A stretch of 62,538 bases of DNA, counting the filler, from Chiloscyllium plagiosum (Eukaryota): assembly GCF_004010195.1 (NCBI RefSeq). It is 3 parts of 2 records of this genome, joined end to end, with 100 filler letters (N's around TTAATTAATTAA, not from the genome) between each part and the next. Parts side by side here need not be neighbours in the genome. Positions count along the whole stretch, not along the records: positions 28,949 to 58,864 come from NC_057716.1; positions 58,965 to 62,538 come from NC_057717.1; 1 more part is not named here. One strand, given 5' to 3'. The translations under genes were made by a program, and so were the position numbers. The notes under the pieces are model-generated. The model was given only the letters and a program-made list of their open reading frames with translations, did no database searches and had not been told where the DNA came from. Shown piece after piece: positions 49,002-61,900 of the stretch (position 1 is its first letter; every line of letters starts with the position of its first letter).

Positions 49002-49787
49002 TGTGTCTGGATGGGCAGCTCAAAATGGTGAACTTATGATGTATTCGCAAAGATTGGATAATAACTGAGGTATGCTGGGAAACCGAAGCAAGCCTTACCC
49101 AAAGTGACTGTGCTAATAAACATGCTGCCGAATCCAGACAGGCTGCAGCTACCAACAGAGAGTCTACAATCGACCTGGGAGCTGCAGACTTCACAGCACA
49201 CACCCGAATTTGGGTTTGAATAGAGTTGACTGGAATGCCTTCCTCAGGATGATCGGAAATATCAGGGTGTGTACCAGACACGGGGATGCCTCACACCCTT
49301 ATTTGAAGGGCACTATGTACACTCAGCATGTCCAGGAATGGATGCCTAACAACCCGACTACCATTGACATGCCAATGCCTGGTTGCATCAGGATGACCGA
49401 GCCTTAATCAATCTATTGGAGGACATTGAAGACCCTCCCAAAAGGGCATGAACAACTACAGAGTGTATGAATTGCTCAAGGCAGCGGTAACTTCAGACTA
49501 ACCACCAAGAAGAGAAGACATCCCTGAGACCAACAAGACAGAAGACCAGGTAATCATCGCCACGTGGATCAAGGTGAAGATCTAGTGTGGTGGAGTATGA
49601 TCATCCAGAGTTACGATAAAGCACAAAACAGAGTTATAGGGTCAATTGTTAGTTGATACTGTATTTTGTTATTTTAATATTTATTGTTTTAAATAAATAA
49701 ATATTATCCTTTATTATCATTGAGTCGATTTGCAGTTTCTTTACTAGGTATAAGAGTCAAAACACACTGTGTGGTGAGCACAACACA
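49002..49787 (+). mobile_element. Probable 3' LTR of the retrovirus-like element
   Basis: Preceded by purine tract AAGAGGAGAGA (48990-49000); TGTGT...ACACA inverted ends; AATAAA ~49692. Confidence 0.65.
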
Positions 49788-50186
49788 ACCAACCATTTCT
49801 ATGGAACCACTTTAATATCTCCAGAGAATTGAAAGATTATGGTCAATGGCTCTATCTTTCCTCCTCACGTACATGCAGTCCAAGGTACAAGCCCTATGCC
49901 ATTGGTGGAATAGTGTACTGGATTGAAAAAGATTAACTGAACCTGTTTGCTTATTGACTGTAATTAATGTCAAACTCCATGGACCACAATTGTGTCACAG
50001 GAGGGTTTCCCTCTTCTATTTATTATGAATTCCGTACAATGTACGAAGCTATAGTATCAGTGACAGCATCACATTCCAGCATCACCCCCAGCACTAACGG
50101 GGACCGGCAGCTCCAGAGACTGGGAGCTCGGGAGAAGAGAGATTCAAAGCTGAAAACAATAGATTGGAATTTTAAAACCCAATGAT

Positions 50187-52483
50187 ATAGACACAATGGG
50201 TCAGTCAGCTCTACCCAATGTGTGTGATACAGATGCAGTAGGGACAATCTGCCCTCTCTAGGGTCTGTGACAAAGACACAGTGAGGTTGGTTTGCCCTCC
50301 ATGGGATACATGTGAACACACTAATATGAATGAGGAGTATGGCAGTTAGCCTTTTGAGCCCGATCTGTGATTTGATCAGTTCATGGTTGAGCTTGCTACA
50401 ACTTAATACTCTTTACCACATACTTTCCAAACCTATTGACTCCCTTGTTCGTGACGAGTTCACGTTAGTCTTCCATACAAGTCATTAATGAGCCTGCCTC
50501 CATGGTTATCTGGAAGATCATTCCACAGACTATGTGAACAAACAAATACTAATAAGGAGTAAGCCATTTAGTCCCTTCATTCTAATCTGCCATTTAATAA
50601 GATCATGGTTGATCTGGCTACAGCCTTAATACTGTTTTCCACATACTTTCTATCCCCATTGAGTCCCTTGTTAGTGAAGAACACCCATAACTCTTCCCTA
50701 CAAGTCATCAATGAACCTGCCTCCATTATTATCTGGAAGATCATTCCACACACTATTGTACAGTGAGGCGAATCACATGTGGTATGTGCTGCCACAAATA
50801 CTTTGTCACTTTTAACAGGGAATTTACAGAATTTGGATGAGTTCAATGTGTTTGAAGTCAACTAATTAAAAGACGCTTGGACTATTCGCTTCAATCTGTG
50901 ATGTTCAAGAGTTTCAGGTTCAGCAGAAATATTCATGAGGCTAGACAGGCACTTGGAAATAGTGAATAATATCTGATTGTATTAAGTTTTATGAAGTAAA
51001 GTTGACTCATGTGACAACAAAACTCGATTGAAAGAACATGCAAGAAACACAAATGGTATAAGACCTTCAGACAGCGGAGCAGAAATGAGGCCAGTCAGCC
51101 CAATGAGTCTGCTCTGCCAGTCAATCATGGCGGATATGTTTCTCAAACCCATTCTCCCACTTTTTCACTATACCCCTTGATGCCCTTGATACTCAAGAAC
51201 CTGTCTATTTCAGTCTTAAATATCCTCAGTGACCTGGCCTCCACAGTCTTCTGTGCTAATGAATTTCATAGTCACCACTCTCTGTTGAAAGAAGTTTCTC
51301 CTTATCTCTATTCTAAAAGGGCTTCCCTTTACTCTAAGGCTGTGCCCTCAGGTCCTAATCTCAGGTACCCAATGGAAACATCTTCCCAAAATCCACTCAG
51401 TCCATACCATTCAGTATTCTGTATGTTTCCCTTTGATCCCTCCTCATCCTTCTAAACTCTATCAAGTACAGACACAGACTCCTCAAACATTCCTCATATG
51501 TTAAGCTTTTCATTTCTGGGGCCATTGTTGTGAACCACCTCTGAATATGCTCCAGGGCCAGTACATCCTTCCTGAGATGTGGGTTTTAATCTGCACACAG
51601 TACTCTGAATGTGCTCTGAGCAGAGCCTCAGAAATAATTCCCTGTTTTTATATTCAAGTCCACTCAAGATAAACGCCATCATCGCATTTCCCTTCCTAGC
51701 TACCAATTCAACTTGCAAGTTTAACTTGAGAAAATACTGGACTGGAGTCTCCTTGCACTTCAGACTTCTGATTTTTCTCCTCATTTAAAAAATAGTCTAT
51801 GCCACTATATTTCCTACCAAAGTGCATGACCGCACACTTTCCCACATTGTACTCCACCTGCCACTTCTTTTCCCACTCTACTAATCTGTCTAAATTCTTC
51901 TTCAGCCTCCCCGCCTCCAAAATGCTGCCTTTCCCTCTACCTACCTTTGTATCATCTGCAAACGTAGCCAGAATGTCCTTGATTCCTTCATTTACATCGT
52001 TAATGTATCAAGTGAAATGTCGTGGTCCCAACACTGAGTCTTGCGGAACATGAATTGTCACCAGCTGCCATCCTGAGAAGGACCCTTTCATCCCCGCTCT
52101 CTGCTTTCTGCCAGACAGCCAGGTTTCTATCCATGTTTGTGAAGGTCTCGAATCCCAGGGGGGACCCACGTCTCGAGGTTGGTCAAAAGAATCCCGAGGA
52201 GTACGATCTGTTTAAAGCAATGTTACCAGTTTAATAAATTAAGGAAGCCTGGTGCAGATTTGTCCAGCAACACGGATGTTAAAAGCTTCTGTGTTTTGTG
52301 GAGAAATGGCGCAATTACATTCGAAAATTACACATTATTTATATGTTTTTTTAAGAGACAGCACAGCCTTAATTACAAGAAAATACCAATCAAAAGTAAT
52401 AAGGTGATATGATTGACAGCAGGTTATTCCAATGAAACTTCCTGAGAAACAGATTGTTTTAAGCACAAATTATCCCGTGCTTG
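50187..52483 (+). repeat. Segmental duplication, copy 2
   Basis: Collinear with 33322-35332; extra internal duplication ~50380-50535 / 50600-50757. Confidence 0.92.
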
Positions 52484-53926
52484 AGAAGTGGTAAATGGAG
52501 ATTAATGCGGAAAGGTGTGAGGTAGTTCACTTTGGAAGAAGGAACAGGGATGCCGAGTACCTGGCTAATGGTAAAATTCTTGGCCGTGTAGATGAATAGA
52601 GAGATCTCGCTGTCCAGGTTCGTAAATCCCTGACAGTTGCCACCCAGGCTGATTGGGTTGTAAGAAGGAATACAGTGTGTTGGCGTTTATTGGGAGGGGG
52701 TTTAAGTTTTGGAGTCATAGTTCATGCTTCAGCTATTCAAGACACTGGTAAGGCCGCACTTGGAGTATTGCATGCAAGTCTGGTCACTGCATTATAGGAA
52801 GGATGTAGAAGCTTTGGAAAGTGGAGATTTACTCAGATGTTGCCTGGTAATGAGGGAAGGTCTGAAGAGAAAAGGCTGAGGGACTTGAGCCTGTTTTCAT
52901 TAGAGAGAATAAGGTTGAGAGATGACTTAATCGAGACATATTAGATAATCAGAGGGATAGACAGGGAGGACAGTGAGAGCCTTTTCCCTCAGATGGTGAA
53001 GGTTAACACATGGGGATATAGCATTAAATTCAGGAGTGATAGATGTATGATAGATGTCAGAGGTCGTTTCTTTATTCAGAGAATAGTAGGGGCATGGAAT
53101 GCGCTGCCTGCAACAGTAGTTGTTTCTCCAACGTTAAGGGCATTTAAACGTGCGTTGGACGTACATAGGGAAAGTAATGGAAAGGTGTAGGTGAGATGGA
53201 AATCAGATTAATTTCACAGGTCGGCTCAACATCGAGGGCCAAAGGGCCTGTTCTGCGCTGTAACATTCTATGTCCTATGAAAGTGGCTACCAAGGTTGAT
53301 AGGGCTTTTTAGAAGGCATACGGTGTGTTAGCTTTTATTGGTAAAGGGATTGAGTTTTGGAGCCATGAGGGCATGTTGCTGCTGTACAAAGCTCTGCTGC
53401 AACCGCACTTGGAGTATTGTGTACATTTCTGGTCACCACATTATAGAAAGGACATGTAAGCATTGGAAAGGGTGCAGAGTAAACATACTGAGATGTTGTC
53501 TGGTATGGAGGGAAGGTGTTAAGAGGAAAGGCTGAGGGACTTGAGGCTGTTTTCTTTGGAAAGAAGAAGGTTGAGGATGTCGTAATAGAGACATACAAGA
53601 TGATCAGAGGGTTAGACAGGTTGGACAGTGAGAACTTTTTTTTCTCAAATGGTGAGGGCTAGCACGAGGGGACATCGCTTTAAATTGATTGCTGATAGAT
53701 ATAGGACACATATCAGAGGTAGTTTCTTTACTCAAAGAGTAGAAGGGTTTGGAATACACTGCCTGCAACTGAGTACACTCACTAACTTTAAGGGCATTTA
53801 AATGGTCTTTAGCTAAACATATGGATCATGATGGAATAATGTAGGTGAGATGAGCTTCACAGTGGTTTCACAGGTCAGCACAATATCGAGGGCTGAAGAG
53901 CCTGTACTGTGCTGTAATGTTCTATG
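52484..53926 (+). mobile_element. Two tandem CR1 3' fragments (52484-53280, 53281-53926)
   Basis: RPHLEYC, FFIQRIVGAWNALP; tails acattctatgtcctatg and aatgttctatg. Confidence 0.9.
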
Positions 53927-53989
53927 TGCTAAGAATCATAACATACAGACACCACATTAGTTATTTCGACAAGGCGAGATATACTTGGT

Positions 53990-54425
53990 TACAGCTCCAC
54001 AGGAGACACACAAACACAAAATCAGCAATAGGTTTGAAATTAGAGAGGTCCATTCAGCAGTCTAAGAACAGCAGGGAAGAAGCTGTGGCTATGTGTGTTG
54101 AAGCTTCTGCATCTCCTGCTTGATGGAAGAGGTTGGAAGAGAGTCTGACCGGGTGGGAGGGGTCTTAGATGGTGTTCGCTGTCTTTCCGCGGCATCGAGA
54201 ACTATAGGTGGAGTCAATAGATGGAGGTTTGACTTGTGTCATGGTCTGGGCTGTGTTCATAACTTTTTGTAATTTCTTATGGTCCTGGACAGAGCTGTTG
54301 CCGTACTAAGCCGTGATGTACCCAGATAGAATGCTTTCTATGGTGCAGCTATAAAGGTTAGGGAGAGTCCTTATGAACGTGCTGAATTTCCTTAGCCTCC
54401 TGGGGAAGAAGAGTTGCTGTTGTGA
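53990..54425 (-). mobile_element. Rex1/Babar-type LINE 3' fragment
   Basis: QQQLFFPRRLRKF..LYSCTIESILSGYITA*YGN..KKLQKV. Confidence 0.75.
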
Positions 54426-54479
54426 CCTCCATGAAATTCTCTCTACATCTCCTTGCAGTCCTCTTTAGATCTTAACAAA

Positions 54480-54618
54480 ATCCTCTATACCCTCCACATA
54501 GTCTCCTATACCCCCCATACAGTCCTCTATACCCCCCATACAGTGCTCTATACCCCTCCATACTGTTCTCTATACCCCTCCACACAGTCTCCTATACCCT
54601 CCATACAGTCCTCTATAA
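54480..54618. repeat. ~21-bp tandem repeat
   Basis: cagtcctctataccc(c/t)ccata, about 6.5 copies. Confidence 0.85.
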
Positions 54619-54654
54619 ATCTCCAAGAAGTATCCTCGAGACCTCCATGTAGTG

Positions 54655-54842
54655 GAGGCAGGGAGGTGATGTCCTCGTGGTATTATTACGAGACAATCTC
54701 TCCAGAACCCAGCCAATGATCTGGGGAACCAGGTTTGACTCCTGCCACAGCAGATGATGGAATTTGAATTCTATTTAAAAATAAAATCTGCAATGAAGAA
54801 CATACAGATGACATGGCAAAGCCCATCTGGTTCACTAATGCC
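54655..54842 (+). mobile_element. 5' half of the SINE family seen at 11235
   Basis: gtggtatta..ccag..ggtttgactcctgccacagcagatgatggaatttgaattc..cccatctggttcactaatg. Confidence 0.7.
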
Positions 54843-55279
54843 AGATTAGTTTGGTTTGGTGTTTTGGCAGTCTGGTTATTCACTGAAAGCAGTCAGGAAG
54901 GTTTCAAGCTGCTGGACCCAAAGGAGCAGGCCCATGCTGATCCTCCTCTCTCTCTGACATCTCTCCTGGAAGACCCTGTGTTTGAGTTTACCTTGTGTGC
55001 TGAGTGGGAATGTTGCAAATACTTAGATCAACATCATTATGTTGGGCCAGCTTGTTGGGTTTTCAGATCGGGTAAGTTATTTGGTATTCTGTTCTCTTTC
55101 GCTTGTGTTTCATTTGGCAATCTTGTAAATAAACTCTGCTTTGTTCAAAACCACATGGTTTGATCAACTGCATTCCTCCTGGAATATCCACATTATACCT
55201 CCTATAAACAATGATCACAGTTAAGTTCGGGGCTACTTTCTTGCAATGTTATGAGAGAATCTGGCCTGGTCCATAACAC
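54843..55279 (+). mobile_element. 5'-truncated gypsy LTR
   Basis: AATAAA ~55128; ends ggcctggtccataaca; related to 44119-44734. Confidence 0.7.
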
Positions 55280-57480
55280 TTACCAATCTGCCGGCTGCAG
55301 ATTCTTCTGTCCAGGACAGTATCAGGGAGAGCGATCACCGTACAGTCTTTAGAGTCCCACTTCCGCATTGAGAATAACCTCCAATGTGTGGCACTATCAC
55401 CGTGCTAAATGAGATCTAGCAACTAAAGCATTGGCATCCATGATGTGATGTGAGTCATCAACAGCAGCGCAATGACCTCATGGTACAGCACACCCCCCCA
55501 ACTCAACCATAACCATCAAGCCAGGGGATCAACCCTGGTTCAAAGGAGAGTGCAGGAGGCCATGCCAGGAGCATCACCAGGCATAGCTGAAGATAAGGTG
55601 TCAACCTAATGAAGTCACCAAACTGAACTACTTGCAAGCCAATCAGGATAAACAGCAAGTCACACACAGAGCGAAGAGATCCAACCATCAATGGATCTGA
55701 TCTAAGCTCTGCAGTCCTGCCACATCCAGTCGTGTCTGATGGTGAATAATTAAACAACTCACTGGAAAAAGAGACTTCACAAATATTCCCATCTTAACAA
55801 TGGAAGAGCCTAGCACATCAATGCCAAAGATAAGGATGAAGTGTTTGCAGGAATCTTCCATCAGAACTACTGAGTGGATGATCCATCTCACCCTTCTCCA
55901 TTGGTCCCCAGCATTACAGACTCTAGTATTCAGCCAATTCGATTCATTCCATGTGATATCACAAAATTATGGGAGACACTGGACACTGCAAAGGCTATGG
56001 GCCCTGAAAACATTCCAGCGATAATACTGAAGACATGTGCTCCAGAACATGCTGTTCCCCTAGCCAAGCTGTTCCAGTACAGTTACAACACTGGCATCTA
56101 TTTGACAATGTGGAAAATTGCCCAGGTATGTCCTGGACATATTTAGCAAGACAAATTCAACCCAGCCAATTACCGCATCTTCAGTCTATTCTCGATCACC
56201 AGTAAAGTGATGGAAGGTGTCATCAGCCATGCTACTGAGCAGTTCCTGCTCAGCAATAACCTGCTCAGTGACACCCAGTTTGGGTTCCACCAGGGCCACT
56301 CAGTTCCTGACCTCATTGCAGCCTTGGTTCAAACATGGAGAAAAGAGCTGAGTTCCAGAGGGGAGGGGAGAGTGACAGCCTGTGACATCAAGGCCAATTG
56401 CATCAAGGAGAAAAACGGGAATCAATGGGGGACAAACTCTCCAGTGGTTGGAGTCAGACCAGACACAGAGGAAGATGGTTGTAGTTGTTGGAGGGTCAGT
56501 CATCTCAGCTCCAGCACATCTCTGCAGGAGTTCCTCAGGATAGTGTCCTTGGCCCAAACATCTCCAGCTGCTTTATCTTAAGGCACCCATAAGCACCTTC
56601 CTTCCCTCATAAGATTAGAAGTGGGGATGTTCACTGATGATTTCACTAAGTTCAGCATCATTCACGATTTTTTAGATATTGAAGCAGTCCGTGTTCGAAT
56701 GTCCAGGCTTCGGTTGACAAGTGGCAAGTAACATTCGCAGGACATACATGCCAGACTAAACCATCATCAATAAGACACAATCTAACCACTGCTCATTGAA
56801 TTTTAATGGTGTTACCATCAGGAAATCCCCCAATGTCAACATCCTGGCATTTAACATTGAGCAGAAATTCCACTGAGCTCACCACATAAATACAGTGACT
56901 ACAAGAGTAGGTCTGAGGCTAGGTATACCACATTGCGTCAATCACCTCCTGACTCCCCAAAGCGTATCCACTATACCCAAGACACAAGTCAGGAGTGTGA
57001 TGGAATACTCCCCACCCACCTGGATGGGTGCAGCCCCAACAATACTCAAGAAGCTTGACACCATCCAGGACAAAGCAGACCTCTTGATTGGCATTATAAG
57101 CACAAGCATCCATTCCCTCCATCTCTGTTGCTCAGTCGTAGCAGTGTGTCGTATCTACAAAATGCAAGTAGAAATCACCAAAGATCTTCAGACAGCACCT
57201 TCCAAACCCAGAATGACTTCTATCTAGAAGAACAAGGATAGATGATATATAGCAACACCACCAGCTTCAAGCCCCTCACCATCCAGACTTGGAAATACAT
57301 CCCCGTTCCTTCACCAACATTGGGTCAAAATCCTGGAATTCCCTCCCTAATGGCATTGTGGGTCAACCCACAGCAGGTGGACTGCACTGGTTTAAGAAGG
57401 TAACTCATCACCACCTTCCCAAGGGGGAAATAGGGACAGGCAATAAATACTGGCCAGCTAGCGATGCCCAGGATAAATAA
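55280..57480 (+). mobile_element. Second LINE family (CR1/L2 group): APE C-terminus, RT and 3' tail
   Basis: SIRESDHRTV; AKAMGPENIPAIILKTCAPE; QFGFHQGHSVPDL; AGVPQDSVLGP; MFTDDF; KSWNSLP; tail ggcaataaatactggccagc. Confidence 0.85.
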
Positions 57481-58214
57481 TGTCCTCTGCACACCTCCAT
57501 ACTGTCCTTTATAAAGAGTCATCCCCTGTACTGTGTGATACTCTGACTAGTGACATGGTGAATGCCTGTCACTCTGCACTAAACACTGAGATAAGCCTGA
57601 CAGACCACAAGTAACACAAAGTGAATGAGCCTTTAGAAAGTTAGCTCAGAGCCAGATGGTGCATCCTATGTTGCTGCATGAAATGTGCCCATGCCCCTGA
57701 CTGTGAACCAACCTGGCAGAAGCAGGTACGACATTATTGTCTCTGAGCTCCACAGTGAAGGGTGAGTTAATCTGAAAGCAGCCAGAATGAAGTGGTGAGG
57801 CTGGGGTTTGGTGATGCCCACACACACACGGACAAAGTGTGGGAGAGGACAGTGTTGATGGAGCATGCAGTGAAATGGTGCTGATGGTGGAGATGGATAA
57901 AGACCTGGAGAAGCAAACGGTGACTCCTGCCTCCAGGTAACTGCCCAGGCTTTCCTGTTGGGAACTGGCACCATCTGGTTTCCATAGGAACTGAAGGAAG
58001 GATTAGAATCTCCATCGAAATGAGGCAAGACCAGCTCCTAATGAGATAGAACGGCATGAAAATGAAGTGGTCACCCCTCACTAGTGAGATTCAGAATTCC
58101 CTGTTTAAACCAGAAATGTGGAAATTGAAAATACTTGTCACAACAAAATGTAATGCTTTCATTCTTGCCATTTTCTCAAGAGGACCAACACCATCCCAGT
58201 GTCAAAGAAGCATT

Positions 58215-58400
58215 TCTCAATGACAACCACCCAATGGTCCTAACCTTGGTGGTCATGAAGTGCTTTGAAAGGCTGGTCATGGCATTAATCAACTCCAGCC
58301 CCCCCTCCCCCCTCTACTACTCTTCACCCACTCCAACTTGCCTATCAGACCAATAGATCCACGTCAGGTGCCATATCACTTGCCCCTCCCTCGAACACCT
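58215..58400 (+). mobile_element. Rex1/Babar-type RT fragment
   Basis: LNDNHPMVLTLVVMKCFERLV (LNDYRPVALTSVVMKCFERLV-like). Confidence 0.7.
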
Positions 58401-58777
58401 TGACAGGTTCATTAAAGGCCTTTCAATCCAGTGTCTTTGTAGCAGAATACAGTAAAACTTTTACCTGGTCTGGAGAGAATGTGTGAGGGTTGCATCCTGA
58501 TGATCCAAGATCAAATGTAAGTTTGTTCCTTTGAGGAAGAGTTTAACAAATGACATGGACTCGACGGAGTTCTTTGATAAAGTAACCTGAACTTGCTGAG
58601 TTTAGCATGTTTCATGTTATATTCATAGAAGTTCAAAAGGTGAGGTAGTGTTTAATTGAAGTATTTGCAAAATTTAAGTATGTGGATTGAAGAATCAATG
58701 GCATTCTGAGTTTCATATTGACTGAGGGACATAACTCAGAGAAAAGTACTGAATAGATAAAGTGTGGTCACAGGGAG

Positions 58778-58864
58778 AGGGTTCTTGTGGTGCAGTGATG
58801 GTGTCCCTACCTCTCGACCAAGCGATCGTAGGTTCAAATCCCATCTGCTCCAAAGATGTATAGT
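58778..58864 (+). mobile_element. tRNA-derived SINE head
   Basis: A box tggtgcagtga, B box ggttcaaatcc; cut by the linker. Confidence 0.6.
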
Positions 58865-58964
58865 NNNNNNNNNNNNNNNNNNNNNNNNNNNNNNNNNNNN
58901 NNNNNNNNTTAATTAATTAANNNNNNNNNNNNNNNNNNNNNNNNNNNNNNNNNNNNNNNNNNNN
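58865..58964. other. Artificial scaffold linker N44-TTAATTAATTAA-N44
   Basis: Same 100-bp structure as 28849-28948. Confidence 0.9.
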
Positions 58965-61900
58965 TGGAGGGCCGCATTGTCAGGAGTATAGTTCTGAGGG
59001 TGGGCCACACTGTTAGGTGTTTAGTTCTGAGGGAGGGACGCAATGTTAGGAGTTTTTATTCAGAGGGAGGGCCACACTGTCAGATGTTTAGTACTGATGG
59101 AGGGCCGCACTGTCAGGAGGTTAGTTCTGAGGGAGTGCCACACTGTCAGGAGATTAGTTCTGAGGGAGGACCGCCCTGTCAGGAGTTTAGATCTTTGGGA
59201 GGGGGGCCCTGTCAGGAGTTTAGTACTGAGGGAGGGCCACACTGTCAGGGGTTTTGTTCTGAGGGAGGGCCGCACTGTCAGGCGTTTAGTTCTTTGGAGA
59301 GCCGCACTTTTAGGAGTTTAGTTCTGAGGGAGGGGCGCACTGCCAAGAGATTAGATCTGAGGGAGGGCCATACTGTCAGGAGTTTAGTTCTGAGGGCGGG
59401 CCACATTGTCAGGAGTTTAGTACTGATGGAGGGCCGCATTGTCAGGAGTATAGTTCTGAGGGTGGGCCACACTGTTAGGTGTTTAGTTCTGAGGGAGGGA
59501 CGCAATGTTAGGAGTTTTTATTCAGAGGGAGGGCCACACTGTCAGATGTTTAGTACTGATGGAGGGCCGCACTGTCAAGAGTTTAGTTCTGTGGGAGGGC
59601 AGCACTGACAGGAGCTTAGTTCTGAGGGAGGGCAGCACTGACAGGAGTTTAGTTCTGAGGGAGGGCCGCACTTTCAGGAGTTTAGTTCTGAGAGAGGGCC
59701 GCACTGTCAGGAGTTTAGTACTGAGGGAGGGCCGCACTTTTAGGAGTTTAGTACTGATGGAGAGCCGCATTGTCAGGAGTTTAGTATTGAGGGAGGACCA
59801 AATTGTCAGGAGTTTATTTCTGAGGGACGGCCGCACTGTCAGGCGTTTAGTTCTGAGGGAGGGCAGCACTGTCAGGCGTTTTGTTCTGAGGGAGGGCCAC
59901 ACTGTCAGGAGTTTAGTTCTGAGGGAGGGCCGCAATGTCAGGAGTTTATTTCTGAGTGAGGGTCTCACTGTCAGGTGTTTAGTTCTGAGGGAGGGCCGCA
60001 CTGTCAGAAGTTTAGTTCTGAGGGAGGGCCGCACTGTCAGGAGTATGGTACTGAGGGACGGCCACACTGTCAGGAGTTTAGTACTGATGGAGGGCTGCAC
60101 TGTCAGGAGGTTAGTTCTGAGGGAGGGCCACACTGTCAGCAGATTAGTTCTGAGGGAGGGCCGCCCTTTCAGGAGTTTAGATCTTTGGGAGGGCCGCCCT
60201 GTCAGGGGTATAGTTCTGAGGCAGGGCCGCACTATCAGGAGTTTGGTACTGAGGGAGGACTGCACTGTCGAGAGTTTTGTTCTGAGGGACAGCCGCACTG
60301 TCAGGAGTTTAGTGTTAATGGAGGGCTGCACTGTCAGGAGTTTAGTTCTGAGTGAGGGCCGCACTGTCAGGAGTTTAGTTCTGAGGGAGGGCCGCGCTGT
60401 CAGGAGTTTCGTTCTGAGGGAGGTCCACTCTGTCAGGCGTTTAGTACTGAGGGAGATCCGCACTATCAGGAGTTTAGTTCTGAGGGAGGGCCGCACCGTC
60501 AGGTGTTTAGTTCTGAGGGAGGGCCACATTGCCAGGAGTTTAGTTCTGAGGGAGGGCCGCACTGTCAGGTGTTTAGTACTGAAGGAGGGAAGCACTGTCA
60601 GGAGTTTAGAACTTTGGGAGGGCCGCCCTGTCAGGAGTTTAGTACTGAGGGGGTGCCGCAGTGTCATGAGTTTATTTCTGAGGGAGGGCCGCACTGTCAG
60701 GAGTTTAGTACTGATGGAGGGAAGCACTGTCAGGAGTTTAGAACTTTGGGAGGGCCGCCCTGTCAGGGGTTTAGTTCTGAGGGAGGGCCGCACTGTCAGG
60801 AGTTTGGTGCTGAGGGAGGACTGCATTGTCACGAGTTTAGTTCTGAGGGACGGCCGCACTGTCAGGTGTTTAGTACTGAGGGAGGGATGCACTGTCATTT
60901 TTTAGTACTGTGGGAGGGCCGCTCTCTCATGTGTTAGGTACTGAGGAAGGCCGCACTGTCAGTAGTTTAGTGTTAATGGAGGGCTCCACTCTCAGGAGTT
61001 TAGTTCTGAGAGAGGGCCGCAATGTCAGGAGTTTAGTTCTGAGGGAGGGCCACACTGTCAGGAGTTTAGTTCTGAGGGAGGTCCACACTGTCAGGCGTTT
61101 AGTACTGAGGGAGATCCGCACTATCAGGAGTTTAGTTCTGTGGGAGGGCCGCACCGTCAGGAGTTTAGTTCTGAGGGAGGGCCGCACTGCCAGGAGTTTA
61201 GTTCTGAGGGAGGGCCGCACTGTCAGGAGTTTAGTTCTGAGGGAGGGCCATACTGCCAGGAGTTTAGTTCTGAGTTTGGTACTGAGGGAGGACTGCACTG
61301 TCAGGAGTTTAGTTCTGAGGGACGGCCGCTCTGTCATGTGTTTAGTACTGAGGGAGGGATGCACTGCCACTTTTTAGTACTGTGGGAGGGCCGCACTGTC
61401 AGGAGTTTAGTTCTGAGGGAAGACCGCACTGTCAGGATTTTATTTCTGAGTGAGGGCCGCACTGTCAGAAGTACAGGACAAAGGTAATAATGCACTATCA
61501 GAGGGTCAGTAGTCAGGGTGTGCTGCGCTGTCAACAGTTTATTACTGAGGGAGTTCCAAGCTGTCATGGGATCAATGGTGTCGGATCTCCGCACTCTCAG
61601 TGGGTCACTACTGAGGGAGTGCTGCACTATCAGAGGGTCAGTACTGAGGGAGTGCTGCACTGTCAGAGGGTCAGTACTGAGGGAGTGCCACACTGTCAGA
61701 GGGTCAATACTGAGAGAATGCTGCACTGTCAGAGTGTCAGTACTGAGGGAATGCTGCACTGTCAGTGGGTCAGTACTGAGGGAGTGCTGCACTGTCAGAG
61801 GGTCAGTACTGAGGGAGTGCTGCACTGTCAATGAGTCAGTACTGAGTGAGGGCCGCACTGTCAGAAGTACAGGACAAAGGTAATAATGCACTATCAGAGG

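Larger units (their letters stand above)
40631..49787 (+). mobile_element. Decayed endogenous retrovirus-like provirus: gag, protease, RT, tether/RNase H, integrase, unresolved env-position region, PPT, 3'LTR
   Basis: Gag RQKEGKHPTAFAS (MHR-like) and CSHCGHAGHYAQVY (~41700); protease EFIWDSRGSNTTL (Asp 42041); RT NNAPI*PLRKPGGSWCLTI, WTCLPQGFQNS (42959), QFVDDL (43058); RH SSHHKTSPEGNLRADVLA; IN HDGHGHQG..CWWP..CLV, PWTNLQID, SDQGSHF, YHPQSSGIV. Confidence 0.85.
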
